64,000 bases of DNA from Lama glama (Eukaryota), in contig CM052816.1 of NCBI GenBank assembly GCA_028534125.1, forward strand, positions 48,858,001 through 48,922,000. The letters run 5' to 3'. Positions 52,586 to 64,000 of the stretch are shown here, piece after piece. Below the pieces are notes generated by a model. It saw only the letters and a list, made by a program, of their open reading frames with translations. It was not told the DNA's origin and did not search any database. Every line of letters starts with the position of its first letter. The stretch's first letter is position 1. A program made the translations under genes and the position numbers.

Positions 52586-55500
52586 ATTTCTAGGATTGCA
52601 GAAGTGAGCTCTCATTAAGAACCTGCAGAGATTTTATAAAATTCTTACATTTGTCTTTCCAGGTTCGCACAGCGTAGACTGTATTTTAGATGGAATTAGG
52701 CTAAAAAAGTCTGCATTCTGGCCAAAGTCAAGCATTTCAAATTGTTCGAATATAAATGATTTTGTATATATAGTCTAAGTGCATGCTGAAATTTAAGAAT
52801 CATGAACTAGAAAAGGAGAAGAATTTTTTTAAATGTCTATTGACACGACGTCTGAATTGTCAAACCATTTTGCTTCTCAGATAACTTTTATTAAACCCTC
52901 AGTGTGACTAGGTGATGTTTAGGGAATTATAAACTTCATACGGGATTGATTATACTCTTGTTTTTATATTAAGTCTCTATTAACTTAATATATAATAATA
53001 GAGTTTGATGTTATGAAGGGTAAGCAGAGATGCATCTTATTGGTGTAGGAAGAGGGATAATTTCTAATGTTGCCAACAGAAAATAAAAGTATGACTTGGC
53101 CTCACAGTACCTCCTGATTTAGCCGATAAGAATTAAATAGAGACCTTGTTTTACTTTGGCACTTCAGTTCCTGAAGATGGGACTCAAGATGCATTCTTAA
53201 CCAGCTAGCTTCAAAAAGAAACTTTACACACTCAAATAGATCTCTCTTCAGAATTGGTGGGCATTAAAATAGAATGTAAAAGAATAAACACATATGGCAG
53301 TTGACATCTCTGAGCGGCTATAAACTGACACTTTCTATTTTACTAACTTGGCACCTGGCTCTTATAGACTCAAGGAAAAAAATATCATTCTTTCCTGTTG
53401 GCCATTGATTTTACTCAATCTAGGCAATTTTCCATTTTTCTGTTTTGGGATTTACTCCTCAACATGCCTTCAAATTCTGGACAAGATGAGGATAAGTTGC
53501 ATTTCCTTTTTACAATTCATTAGCTTTAACAAAAACGTTGCTGGCACTTACACAAACGCCATCTTACCTGCTGTTCTGTTCCTCACTATATTATTTTCCT
53601 GCTGTTTTTACAGGTGGCATTTAGGCAGTGCTGTTCTGAGATATATCATTGTTACTACATCATTGTCACAGACCTGCAGACACAAATCTGAGGACAAAAG
53701 TTAACTTGGAAAAAAAAATTATAGTCAAAATATCCGAAGTTCACAAGGCACAAAATGGAAAATAAGTATATGTTTAAGACCACCAACAACTTCCAAAATC
53801 ATTAGAAATAAATCACTATTGTGTTACTTCTATTCACATTTTCATTGCACGGTTGAATAGTTTAAAGTGAAACTAGTCATTTTGTTAATGCACCGACGTT
53901 CTTTTTTTTTCTTTTTTCCCTTTGTAAGGATAGAGTATACTATCATCAGAACTAAAATAGACAACAATTTGCTCCACTTTTACACATCATCTTGATGTGG
54001 CTCTGTGGACTTCTGCTACTGCTAGTGTTAATTGTAATGGTTATCAACAGTTGAAAACACATTTTAAGATGTCTCTTTTTAGGATTATAGTTAAAATGTG
54101 AAACCAGGCATTTAATTAAGAAAAAAAAGCCAGATGCAAAGTTAAATGTAGATCAACCCCTTCTAAAGCAAATAATTAACAACAACAGCAAAATGAAATA
54201 AGATAAACTCCTTTCTTTCTTTTGATCAATTAGCAAATTTATTCATTAGATAAATAATTATTCCTACCAGATTGTGCCAGACCTGAGGATACAATACCTT
54301 ATAAGGCAAATAGAACCCATGCCACATGAAACTTATCCTTAAAACAGGGGGTTGAAACTATGGAAGTGGGATTTGTGGAGTTAGGTTAAGGTTCCATTGT
54401 TAGGGAAAGGCAGTAGTGAAATCAAGCTGTAGCTCTGCTGATTTCATTCTGCTGGTCTTGCTAGTAAGACAGCCTTCCTTCTCAGAGCTGACTTCAGGGT
54501 TGGGTTTAGGTCAATTATGGGCAGCAGTCTGACATAGAAATAAATAAGGGTCTGAACAGAGGCTGAGGCTCCAGAAAACTGCCCTTTTCACTAACACCCA
54601 CGCTCATCTTTTTTCTTCTCCTAAATCCTCTTCCCTGGGACTCTCTGTCATGAGCACATGGGGAGAAATTTCTGAGAAAATACTGCATGGCAGCAGTTTC
54701 TCACTCCTGACAGAGAGAGTCTCTAGACAGAGATCATAGAGCCCAGTTTAACTTCGTCAACCTAGCTGCCCCAGTGTTTGAAACCTTTTGGTGTTGTCTG
54801 TTGTTACTCGAAATTTAGATTATATTCCTTGCATTCTGCACAATCTCTCAGCTTTCCTTTTGTACCACATACTAAATATGACACCACTCATTTGCCCTCA
54901 TCAGGAAAAAATACTCATTTTCTCGTTTATTTTAAATGCTTCCCTAATAAGAAAGAAAAAAGGGATGAGTGAAAAGTGCTGAAAATGTGTCCTTGTTAAA
55001 TTGTTCAAATGAAAATTCAACATGGTGGAACATGAAAACAACTGGAGTCAAATGACCATATTAAAAATTCCATATTCTTCATTTCCAGTATTTCCAGGCA
55101 GATCTGGCTGGTTAAATTCTAAGCTGAAAAAAAAAGCAAAGCAAAACAAACAAAAAACAGTACTATAGCTGCTAGTTAATGAATGTAATTTTATTCCGTT
55201 GAAGATTATTTTATATGTTAGCCAAAAATGAGATTTTTGTCTTTCAGTGAGGAAAAAACAAAAACTCTCAGAATGTTACTGCTGTCCTGCCACTTAAAAT
55301 CAAGCAGTCTCCATAGTCAGTGTCAACCCACTTTCTCTACCCACACCCACACCCGTTATCTCCAAAAAACTCGAGCACATGTCCTCTTTTCTGGAAGGAA
55401 AGAACATGCCATTTTCAGTGTCTGTGAGTTTCTTCTTCCAGAGATCAATTAATTATTGATTGTGTGAGATTTCATAAATAAAGACAAATGTAAGCAAGCG

Positions 55501-55934
55501 ATTAATCATTCATTTCTGATTCACCTTGAGATAATAGTACAATGATAAGAAAAGCAAAACATTGGTTGTGTTTTCTGTTCATGCTGTGCAAGTTTAGCAT
55601 ATGCATGCTCTGTATAGTTCATAAGGATTCTTTCATTGTCTGCTGAGACATTTGATGTGTTACATTACTCAGACAAGAAAAATGACATCTTGAGAGTATC
55701 TATCAACAACTTCATATACTTGTATGAGTTGCTGTGCCAAACATCAGTTCCTTCTTTTTTTTTTTTTAAATTAGACATATCTGACTGGTTCTGATTCTGA
55801 TTGCATTACTTACGTGCCATGTGACCTTAGGCAGATTTTTTTAACCACCAATTTCATTTCCTCATCTCTAAAATAGGTACAGTAAAGAAATGTTTTTCAT
55901 AAGACCATTGTGAGAACACACAGCTCATACACTT

Positions 55935-56575
55935 TATCAGTCAGGCCTCAACCAGAGAAGCAAAACCAGTAGGATATCATAAGTAATAAGTATACATATA
56001 TATTAATGTATTTGTAACAGGGAATTTGTCCTGAAGAATTAATTAAGAATTAATTATTAATTCTTAGAATTAAGAATTAATTAAGCAGTCCCTATTAAGA
56101 CTGTTGTCCCCACATTTGATGTCAGAGATCAGAAACCACTGACAGGAGATCAGGAGGGGAACATAGGTGCAGAGTAGGGAAGATCAGGGGCAGGCTGGAT
56201 CCTATGAGCACAAGCTGAACCCCACTGGGGCCCAAGTCTGGTCTTATTGCCCATGACCTTAATGACAAGGGTATCCTACATATGCTGGGGTCCTTTGTCA
56301 AAGAGAGAAGCACCCACACCTGGTCCAAGAGTGAGAGCTCCTGATGGGTGATCCAGTCGAGGGAGAGAAATTACAGCTCAGCTGCTGCTTCATAGCTGTG
56401 AGGTGAATCAGCTGATAAGCAACAGTGTGTACCTTTCTTACAGAATGGCTGCTGCTTCCGTTTTGCTTTCCAAATCTCCCAAGAATCCTCCTGGTGGCCT
56501 CTCCTTGCCAGAAACATACAGGAAAGTGAAGTCTGGGACATGTAGTTCATCTATTCAAGTTGACCCATTGTAACA
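55935..56575 (-). mobile_element. MLT2F-like LTR
   Basis: 'atcagtcaggcctcaaccagagaagcaaaaccagtagga' ... 'gaagtctgggacatgtagttca...caagttgaccc'. Confidence 0.6.
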
Positions 56576-57728
56576 GTATTCAACACACACAGGTGCACAT
56601 ATACCACATATTTGAGTTTTCTTTGACTTACAGTGTGCGTTGTGTTTTTGTTTTTAAATTTGCCTATTTTCACCCAGGAATTTGGTTGAGATTCAAGACA
56701 GATTTTATGAGTAAAAGGTAGTGGGGGAGACAGCTTGTCAAAATAAAATGAGGTAGTCAGACTGAGAACTAGTATCAGTTGACATACAGTCACAATTTAT
56801 AATGGGTTTATTATAAATAAACTTCAAATTTAGCAAAAAAAACATTAAAAGTTGAAATTTCTAATCTTTGTAAATCTGAGGCAATTTCTATCTTTCTATC
56901 AATTAAGATGAAATGTACTCAAGAATACCTCATTTTCAGCTCTCTTCCATAGAAAATTCAGGAATATAGTTCCAACTTCTCTGAGACTTACCTTCTCAGT
57001 CATCTTCTAGGAGGAAAGATTTTATTTTGAGATAGAGATTCATTTTATATATGGTTGCTGTACAACCACTTTATTCTTGCTGAGGGATAAATTCCTTTGC
57101 TGTTAGGGACAGAGTAAACTTATTAACTGCTCAGTTGTTTATCTTCAGTTGAACAAGTGTAAACTCAGGTGCTCTGACAGTATGTTAAATCCGTTTAACC
57201 TTTCATGATTGCTAATTTCATTCTTCAGTGAACAGTGTTAGCTTTTGTTCTTTAATAGTAGTATGATGACTATTGAATTAAGTGCTTCTAATTTACTCTT
57301 AAAATAAAAATATGTTGCATTTTGGCCCATTGTGCCTTGGGATCTTTGTGGAATTGAGGAAAGTTCACAGGCACAGCCCTGAGTGCTCAGAGCAGAGTCT
57401 CAATATAATCTATATAATATCAACTGAGATGCTTTTATAAAAATGTATTCAGCTCCTACAGAATGGGATTAAGATTTATTCTAAACTCTGTTATGGGGAC
57501 CAGGCTCTGCATGCTTTAACAAATCGGAGGTTTTTTAAGGTTATACTGTGAGAACATCATTTAGAAAATACTATGATGTCAAGTTAGGGCTGGCTACAGA
57601 AAGAGAATGATATATGTTGATGTATATAGATGAAGCAGGAGAAGGAAATTCCCAACGGGGAAGTATGAGGGATGTTGAGAAATAGCTTTCTCTGTCAGAG
57701 TTTTGCCTAACACCATTTGACATCTGCT

Positions 57729-57792
57729 TGCATTTTGAATTCCAGAATCAACTGGTAGTTGTGCATTTTGAATTCCAGAATCAACTGGTAGT
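57729..57792. repeat. Direct repeat, 31 bp x2 (period 33)
   Basis: tgcattttgaattccagaatcaactggtagt at 57729-57759 and 57762-57792. Confidence 0.95.
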
Positions 57793-60700
57793 AGACCATG
57801 CTTGATTTCTGGGAATTTACTAAGAATAATAACTCAGACAATATTTGTTCCTGAGCAATATTTGCTCCTAGCAATTTATAGAAAGTATAGTCTTGCAAAG
57901 GCCAGAACTGTTGAATTGTTGTGTGAAAAAAAGTAGTAATCATCATATTTAGACAGGTCATTTTGGTCGATATTGGAGGTTACTCAAGGACTTCAGTTAT
58001 GTTTACTTCTTGAATGTAGCAACTTACAATGTAGTCTTTGAGTAACTTTCCAAACTTTTCCTTAAGGCCTATCATTTTGTTAACTGTGAAGTTTAGATAG
58101 ATTCACCATCTCTCTATATTTGACTATTAATCATGATTATGATTTCAGGAGAAATGTGGTATGAAAATATAAAACAAAGCCGTTTGAAAATACAAGTTCC
58201 TGTTTATAGTGATTGTAGTAGAAAAGAAAAACAAGACAAAAAAACACTCAAGCAAATATCCATCAAAATGTATCATTGCTTTAAAAGAAACCCATTGGAT
58301 GTGTTGTTTAAAGAACTGATTTTTATGCAGCATATTATGACTTAGAGAATAGAAATGACAGTTTCCACTGAATGAGAACCAGTGTATGCAGATGGAAAGT
58401 TTCATTCACAAGTAATTTCATTTAAGCCCTTGCTTATACATTTTTATCTGTTGAAACTAGTCAGACACTTAAATTGTAAAATGGGGTTAAAAGGTTGTAT
58501 TATCTATGATTTGAAGCAAAATTTTTTAAAAAAGTTTAGCTGCATTTTATTGTTTTCTCTTTTAATGTCCTTTATTGTGTTTTTATATGTATCCAACATT
58601 TTTGAATGCTCATTATTCTAGACAGTTGCCATATGTTGTATGTGCATTACTTTGATCTTCACAAAACCCCGGAAAGTTACATAAAGAAGTAGTTTCACCT
58701 ATAGCCAGGGTATAAGTAAATGGTAAAATAAGTTAAAATAAAATTTTTAAGTACCATATAAACTTTAAGAGTTTTAAAAAGAAGTATTTTCATTCTGTTT
58801 ACTTAAAAATAAGGCTTTGTGGTAATCACTTAGTCAAGGTAATAAATATCTTTACTCCTTATTCTGTTTTTTCTCATATCTCTAATGCACAAAGTTGAAT
58901 TTATTCTACTCCTCAAACCATAGCATAGTATAAACATTGATCTGAGCAAGGCCGTGCTCTCATTTATCTGTGCCTTGTTATTGCCATCCTCTGTTCCTGT
59001 TTTCCTTCTATTTCTTTAGGCAGTTATCCCATTTAATATCCATCTTTTAATTTGTGTATATTCTTGTAAATTGTGCCTTGTATTCTATCCACATGCATTT
59101 ATTCTGGTACATCATAAGCTACACATCTCTTTTTTATTTTTTTCTTACTTAGTGTGATGTGAAAAAATTCCATCTACCCATATTACTGTGCATAAATCTA
59201 ATTCATTGCTTCTAATTGTCCATAATACTCCATAATACTTATTCATCATATTTTACATTTTTGCTTACCTACTGGTGAGCAATGAGTTTTTAAAAACCCC
59301 CTATACTAAAAATAATTCTCCATTGAATATTGCTGAATATATTTACTTCTTGGGGTATATACTTAAAATCCAAAATGCTGGGTCACAGTCTGTCTTACAG
59401 AATGATACTAGATGGCCCTTCAGATGATCAGCCTGTACTCCGACCTGCAATCCATGCTAGTGTCAATATGGTCCACTTCTCAATAAATAATATTTTTCAG
59501 CTTTAAGTTTTTAAGAAATATAATTTATCATTTTGTTTGATATGCAATTTTATGTTTATTAAAAATTTAAGTACCCCTTTATATTCTCATAAGCCTTTTA
59601 AAGGAAGGTCTTCCTCAGTTAATATCTTGATCTTATCTCTCACTTGATTTTCAGTTGTGTTTCCTACCTTATTCATGTTGATTTGCAGGAGTTTCATGTA
59701 TATTCTAGATGTTAATCCTCTGTTGATTTTACATTTGACAAATATCCTCATCTTTTCTGTTAGCTTTCTTATTAAAAGGTTAAGAATTTTCTTTTTGTAA
59801 TCAATGTATTAAAATTTTACTACATATTTACCTTAAGATTTTCCTTCTCACCTAGCAGAGATTCTATGAACCATTTAGTCTGAGGTCTTTCAAATATATC
59901 TCAATCTGGGAAATGTTTACTCCATTATTATTATACTATTTCCTTCTTTCTAGTTTTATTATTTTCTTTAATATATCCATTTTTTGTCTATTCATGCTTA
60001 TATTCCATGTATTTGTTAAAATTTTGTTTTCTGTATCTCTTTACTCCCAGTGTCGTCTGTGTAATTTACCCCACATGATCATTCAACTCACAAACTCACT
60101 TTCAGCTATTTACATCGCATAGTTTCTCTCTTTTATTATGTTCTTTATCTCATTAGCATCTAACATGGTAATATTTTCCTCTTATGGTTACATATACTCA
60201 TCATGCTTATTTTAATGATTTATTCATTGCTTCAGTAATTCTTCTTCAGATATACATTGTTCAGTTTCTGTTTTCTTTTGAAGAAAACTTGTATTCTTCA
60301 GTTATCTTGTATTTTGGCCTTTGAGCTCCCATTCTTCTGGATAACAGCTTTTCTTTGGTAATGTATATTGGGGAAGGGCTAATGATCCAATTCTTCTGTT
60401 TTATGCAAAAATGTTTAACATAAACTGTGTTATTAAGGAAAACTAGATTTTAATGTATTCTAGGTGTTTATATTTTGTTTGATAGTTTTAATTTTCTTAA
60501 CTGGTAGATGACTTATATTATCTACTTTTTTAAAAGGTACATGTACCAGGCTGTATGCTAAAGATTTAACCTATGTTATCAACTTTAGTATTGTTTTCAG
60601 TGGCAACAATCATGTGATTGTACTGATATAAATAAGAAAATTATTTGTTTAACACAAAATCTGGAGATAGGTCTTTGGGACTTGTACAGATTGCAAAAAT

Positions 60701-61338
60701 GTCAAAAGGACAGGTTATTCCTTCTGTCTTCCTAGTCCAATTTAGCTTTTGGCTTTCATCCACAAGATGGTAACTGCTATACTTCTAGTAATCAAAATCA
60801 TTTTCTACATTACACACAGGAGGCACAGAGTAGATCAAAGGATAAAGGGCTAAATTAGGTGCTAGGCTAGTTTGTGTATTATATTAAATTTCCTGGCAAC
60901 CTTACCCAGTACCTTTCTCTTATAACACATTGGCTAAACTTGAGTTGCAAAGCCACTCATACTTGTAAAAGAAAACTGGAGAACAAAGGCTGCAAAACAA
61001 CATCCCTGCTTCTGTCACCTGAGAAAACACAAGAGATTGGAGCTTTGGAAGTCTCCATGCACATTACCTCACTGGATCTTTATATAAACTCAGTGAGGTA
61101 TCTGTACAGCTCCTGAATTGGTGCTGCGGACTTTTGAGTGCTAGAAGTATACGTTCTCATTGTTTTCTGATCTTACAAAGAGCAGCTTCAGGGACTGCCT
61201 TAAATACTAACTTTTCAGTTGTGCATAGTTCCAGAAAGCAATGAATAGAAGCAGGAGAGACTGATTTACCACAGGAACCACGAAGCAGCTTCTTTTTTAT
61301 TTTTGTTTGAAAAGCCAATATGAGAGGAGCTGAATAAG

Positions 61339-61620
61339 ACATAATGACTAAATATGATATGCTGTCCTATATGGGATCCTGGAACAGAAAAAGGATATTA
61401 AGTGAAAACTAAGGAAATCTAAATAAAATACGGATTTTACATAATACTAATGTATCAATATTGGTCTATTAGTTGTAACCAATGTCCCATACTAATGTGT
61501 GATAAAACAATAGAGGAAACTAGGTGTGGGGTACATGAGAACTGTCTGTGGTACACTGTCTTCTTAAATTTTCTGTAAATATAAAATTGTTCTAAAAATG
61601 AGGTTTATTTAAAAGAAAAA
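61339..61620 (+). mobile_element. L1MC-like 3' terminus
   Basis: 'atgggatcctggaacagaaaaaggatattaagtgaaaact', 'aatgtatcaatattgg', 'ttttctgtaaatataaaattgttctaaaa'. Confidence 0.8.
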
Positions 61621-61650
61621 ATAGGTCTGTATAGAGCCAAGATGGAAGTC

Positions 61651-62067
61651 TGTCAGTCATAAGATGTGCTATGAACTCCTCCATCTGCAGGGAGCAGAAT
61701 TCACCTTTGTCTCCAGCTGATGCACCCTGAAATTCATTGCTCATTTGCTCTTAGACAGTGACTAGTCATGGTAGGGATTAAACAGACTTGTTTATAGGAG
61801 ATGCAGGACTCCTCTGTGGGGAGATTTTGATCTGAGACCACTTGATGGCCTAACTCAATTTTCTATAGACTCCACTACATTCTAAGACACTTCTACTCAA
61901 TCTTCTATCTGTATCTTCTGCACACGGTGTCAGACTTGTGTTGTCTAATGGCTCCCTAGATCTCAGCCACTCTCAATTATTTTTCAACTTGTGGATCTGC
62001 TAATAAATTTTTTTGGCTACTTGATTCTATCTTAGCATTTGCTTCTCAGAATACCTGGGCTAATGCA
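61651..62067 (+). mobile_element. ERVL solo LTR, LTR16-like
   Basis: TG...CA ends; 3' 'taataaa...cttgattctatcttagcatttgcttctcagaatacctgggctaatgca'. Confidence 0.6.
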
Positions 62068-62079
62068 ATAACTATGTGA

Positions 62080-64000
62080 TCACCATGTTAGGTGAAATAA
62101 AACAACAACTACAAAAATCTATAAAATTCAACACACCTTAATGAGAAAAACTGTCTGCAAATTAGGATCTTAAAGAAACAACTTCAACTTAATGAAGGAT
62201 AGTTGTTAAAATTTAAAGTTAGCATCTTATTTAATGATGAAATATTGAACACTTTCCCCTCTTTGGGAATAAGACAAAGATACCTACTTTCACTACTTCT
62301 ATTCAACATTGTACTAGAGATCTTAGTCAATGTAATAGGGAAAGAAAGAAAAAAAAGATTAACATTGGAGAAGAATAATCAACACTTTATGATTGGCATT
62401 GATTACACTGAATATCCTTAGGAATCTACAGAACTAGGATTAGAATAATACGTGAATTTAGCAAGTCAAAGGCTATGAACTTAATATAAGATTTATTAGT
62501 AGTGTTTTTATATACTAGCAGCAAACCACTAGAAAACATAATTTAAAAATATTTGCGATATAACTGAAAGCCATAAAATAATTAGGAATAAATTTGAAAA
62601 ATATTTGCAAGACCTTTATACTAAAAATTATGTAATAATACTGATATAAGTTGTCATAAACCCAGAGAAATAATGTGGAAATGTATGTATAAATCCAAAC
62701 AAATTAGAATAGCCAAATCTCTTTTCTAAAAATCAAAGTTGAAAGAGTTATTTTACCTAATTTCAAGACTTACTATAAAGGTACAGAAGTCAGTACAGTG
62801 TAAAGTTAGTGAAAGAATAAGTGTATAGACATACAAAATAAAATGTTTTGGAAATAAATGCAAACGTGTGTTCAGGTGATTCTTGACAAGGTTACTAAGG
62901 CAATTGCATGGGAAAAAGAAAAATATTTTCGACATATGGTTTAAAATAATGATACTTATTATAGAAAAAATATGTTGTTGCACATTATTGTAGATAGAAT
63001 AATGATCTCCCAAAGATGGCTATGTATTAATCCTCTGTACCTGTAAATATGTTACCCTATGGCAAAAGAGATTTTGTAGGTGTGATCAAGGTTAAGGACT
63101 TTGAAATGAAGAAATAATTCTACGTTTTCCAAGTGGTTCAGTTTAATGACATGAATCCTCAAAAGTGAAAAATTCTTCCTGCCTGGGTCAGAAAAAGATG
63201 TAACATGAAAGGGACTCTACTAACCATTACTGGCATTGAAGTTGGAGTAAAAGGCTGCAAGCCTAGGAATGTGGACATCCTTTAGAAGTTGTGGGTTAGT
63301 CTTCAGCTGACAAGCAGCAAGGAAACAGGGGCTTTCATCTTAAAACTGTAAGAAACTGAATTCTGCCAACAACTGAAGTAAGGAAATAGATTCTCCCCTA
63401 GAGCCTCTGGGAAGGAATATATCCCACCAAAATCTTGGTTTATACTCAAGTGAGATCCATGTCAGATTTCTGATATTCAGAACTTTATGATAATAAATTT
63501 ATATTGTTTAAGCCACAAAATATTGATATTTCATTATGGCAACAATAGAAAAGTAATACAAGTATATACAAAAATTTAATTTGAAATGTATCAGATAACT
63601 AAAAATAAAATTAAAAAAACACTAAAGCTGTTAGAAGGCATAAAGGAAAATCTTTACATATTAGGATAGGCAAAGATTTCATAGAACACAACAGAAACAT
63701 GAAACATAAAAGAACAAAAGAAAATTTAGATTTATCCAACTTAGAAATGTTTGCTCTTTGATCGTCACCATTAAGAAATCAATAAATTAAGTCTCAGATT
63801 GGTAGAACATATTTATAATACATATCTCTGACAAAGGATATAAAACATAAATATTCAATAATAAGTTAAAACCCAATTAAAGTAGTAAAATATTTAATCA
63901 AAAGACATATAAGGTGGCCAATACTTACACAAAAAAAAGTTCAACCTCATTTAACTTTCATGAAATTGAAAATTAAAACTATAATGAGACACCACTACAC
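62080..64000 (+). mobile_element. Old L1 ORF2 fragment (RT to C-terminal region), interrupted by an MLT1 LTR and running off the window
   Basis: ORF 62203..62421 '[20 protein letters not shown]' is a degenerate L1 RT motif ([20 protein letters not shown]). Further ORF2-like sequence continues to 64000. Confidence 0.85.
62986..63560 (+). mobile_element. MaLR solo LTR, MLT1D/E-like, nested in L1
   Basis: 'gtagatagaataatgatctcccaaagatg', 'gttaccctatggcaaaagagattttgtaggtgtgat', 'gaactgaattctgccaacaac', end 'gcaacaatagaaaagtaataca'. Confidence 0.85.

Noticed and set aside
57707..57961. ORF with an internally repeated peptide YQLILEFKM
   Set aside because: A by-product of the 33-bp-period DNA duplication; no other coding evidence.
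1..64000. Six-frame ORFs as protein-coding genes
   Set aside because: All are short (151 aa or less), many start at non-ATG codons, and they either overlap repeats or have random low-complexity composition. No coherent exon chain is visible, though very small exons cannot be excluded by eye.

Overview
This is AT-rich mammalian genomic DNA, intergenic or deep intronic, and not prokaryotic. A tRNA-derived SINE (Vic-1-like head GGATATAGCTCAAGTGGTAGAG...GGTTCAATCCCCAGTACC) and the style of the younger L1 3' ends point to a camelid, though that assignment is from memory. I find no credible intact protein-coding gene, RNA gene or CRISPR array; the only protein-like ORFs are decayed L1 ORF2 pieces. 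The window is a mosaic of L1, L2 and MIR fragments, MaLR/ERVL LTRs, hAT MITEs and five ERV1-type solo LTRs with intact 4-bp target-site duplications (TSDs). Four items deserve most attention. (1) Two inverted same-family LTRs share perfect 147-bp and 71-bp tracts while their ends differ by about 15-20%, suggesting gene conversion. (2) A TSD-flanked 1.9-kb L1 has its 5'UTR fused directly to the ORF2 C-terminus and 3'UTR. (3) The only CpG-dense patch carries clustered TCTCGCGAG-type motifs and splice donors and lies next to an LTR with five phased CCAAT boxes. (4) A perfect 27-bp hairpin has a loop resembling an L1 snippet. Repeat family names come from recalled consensus similarity, and boundaries of old elements are approximate.
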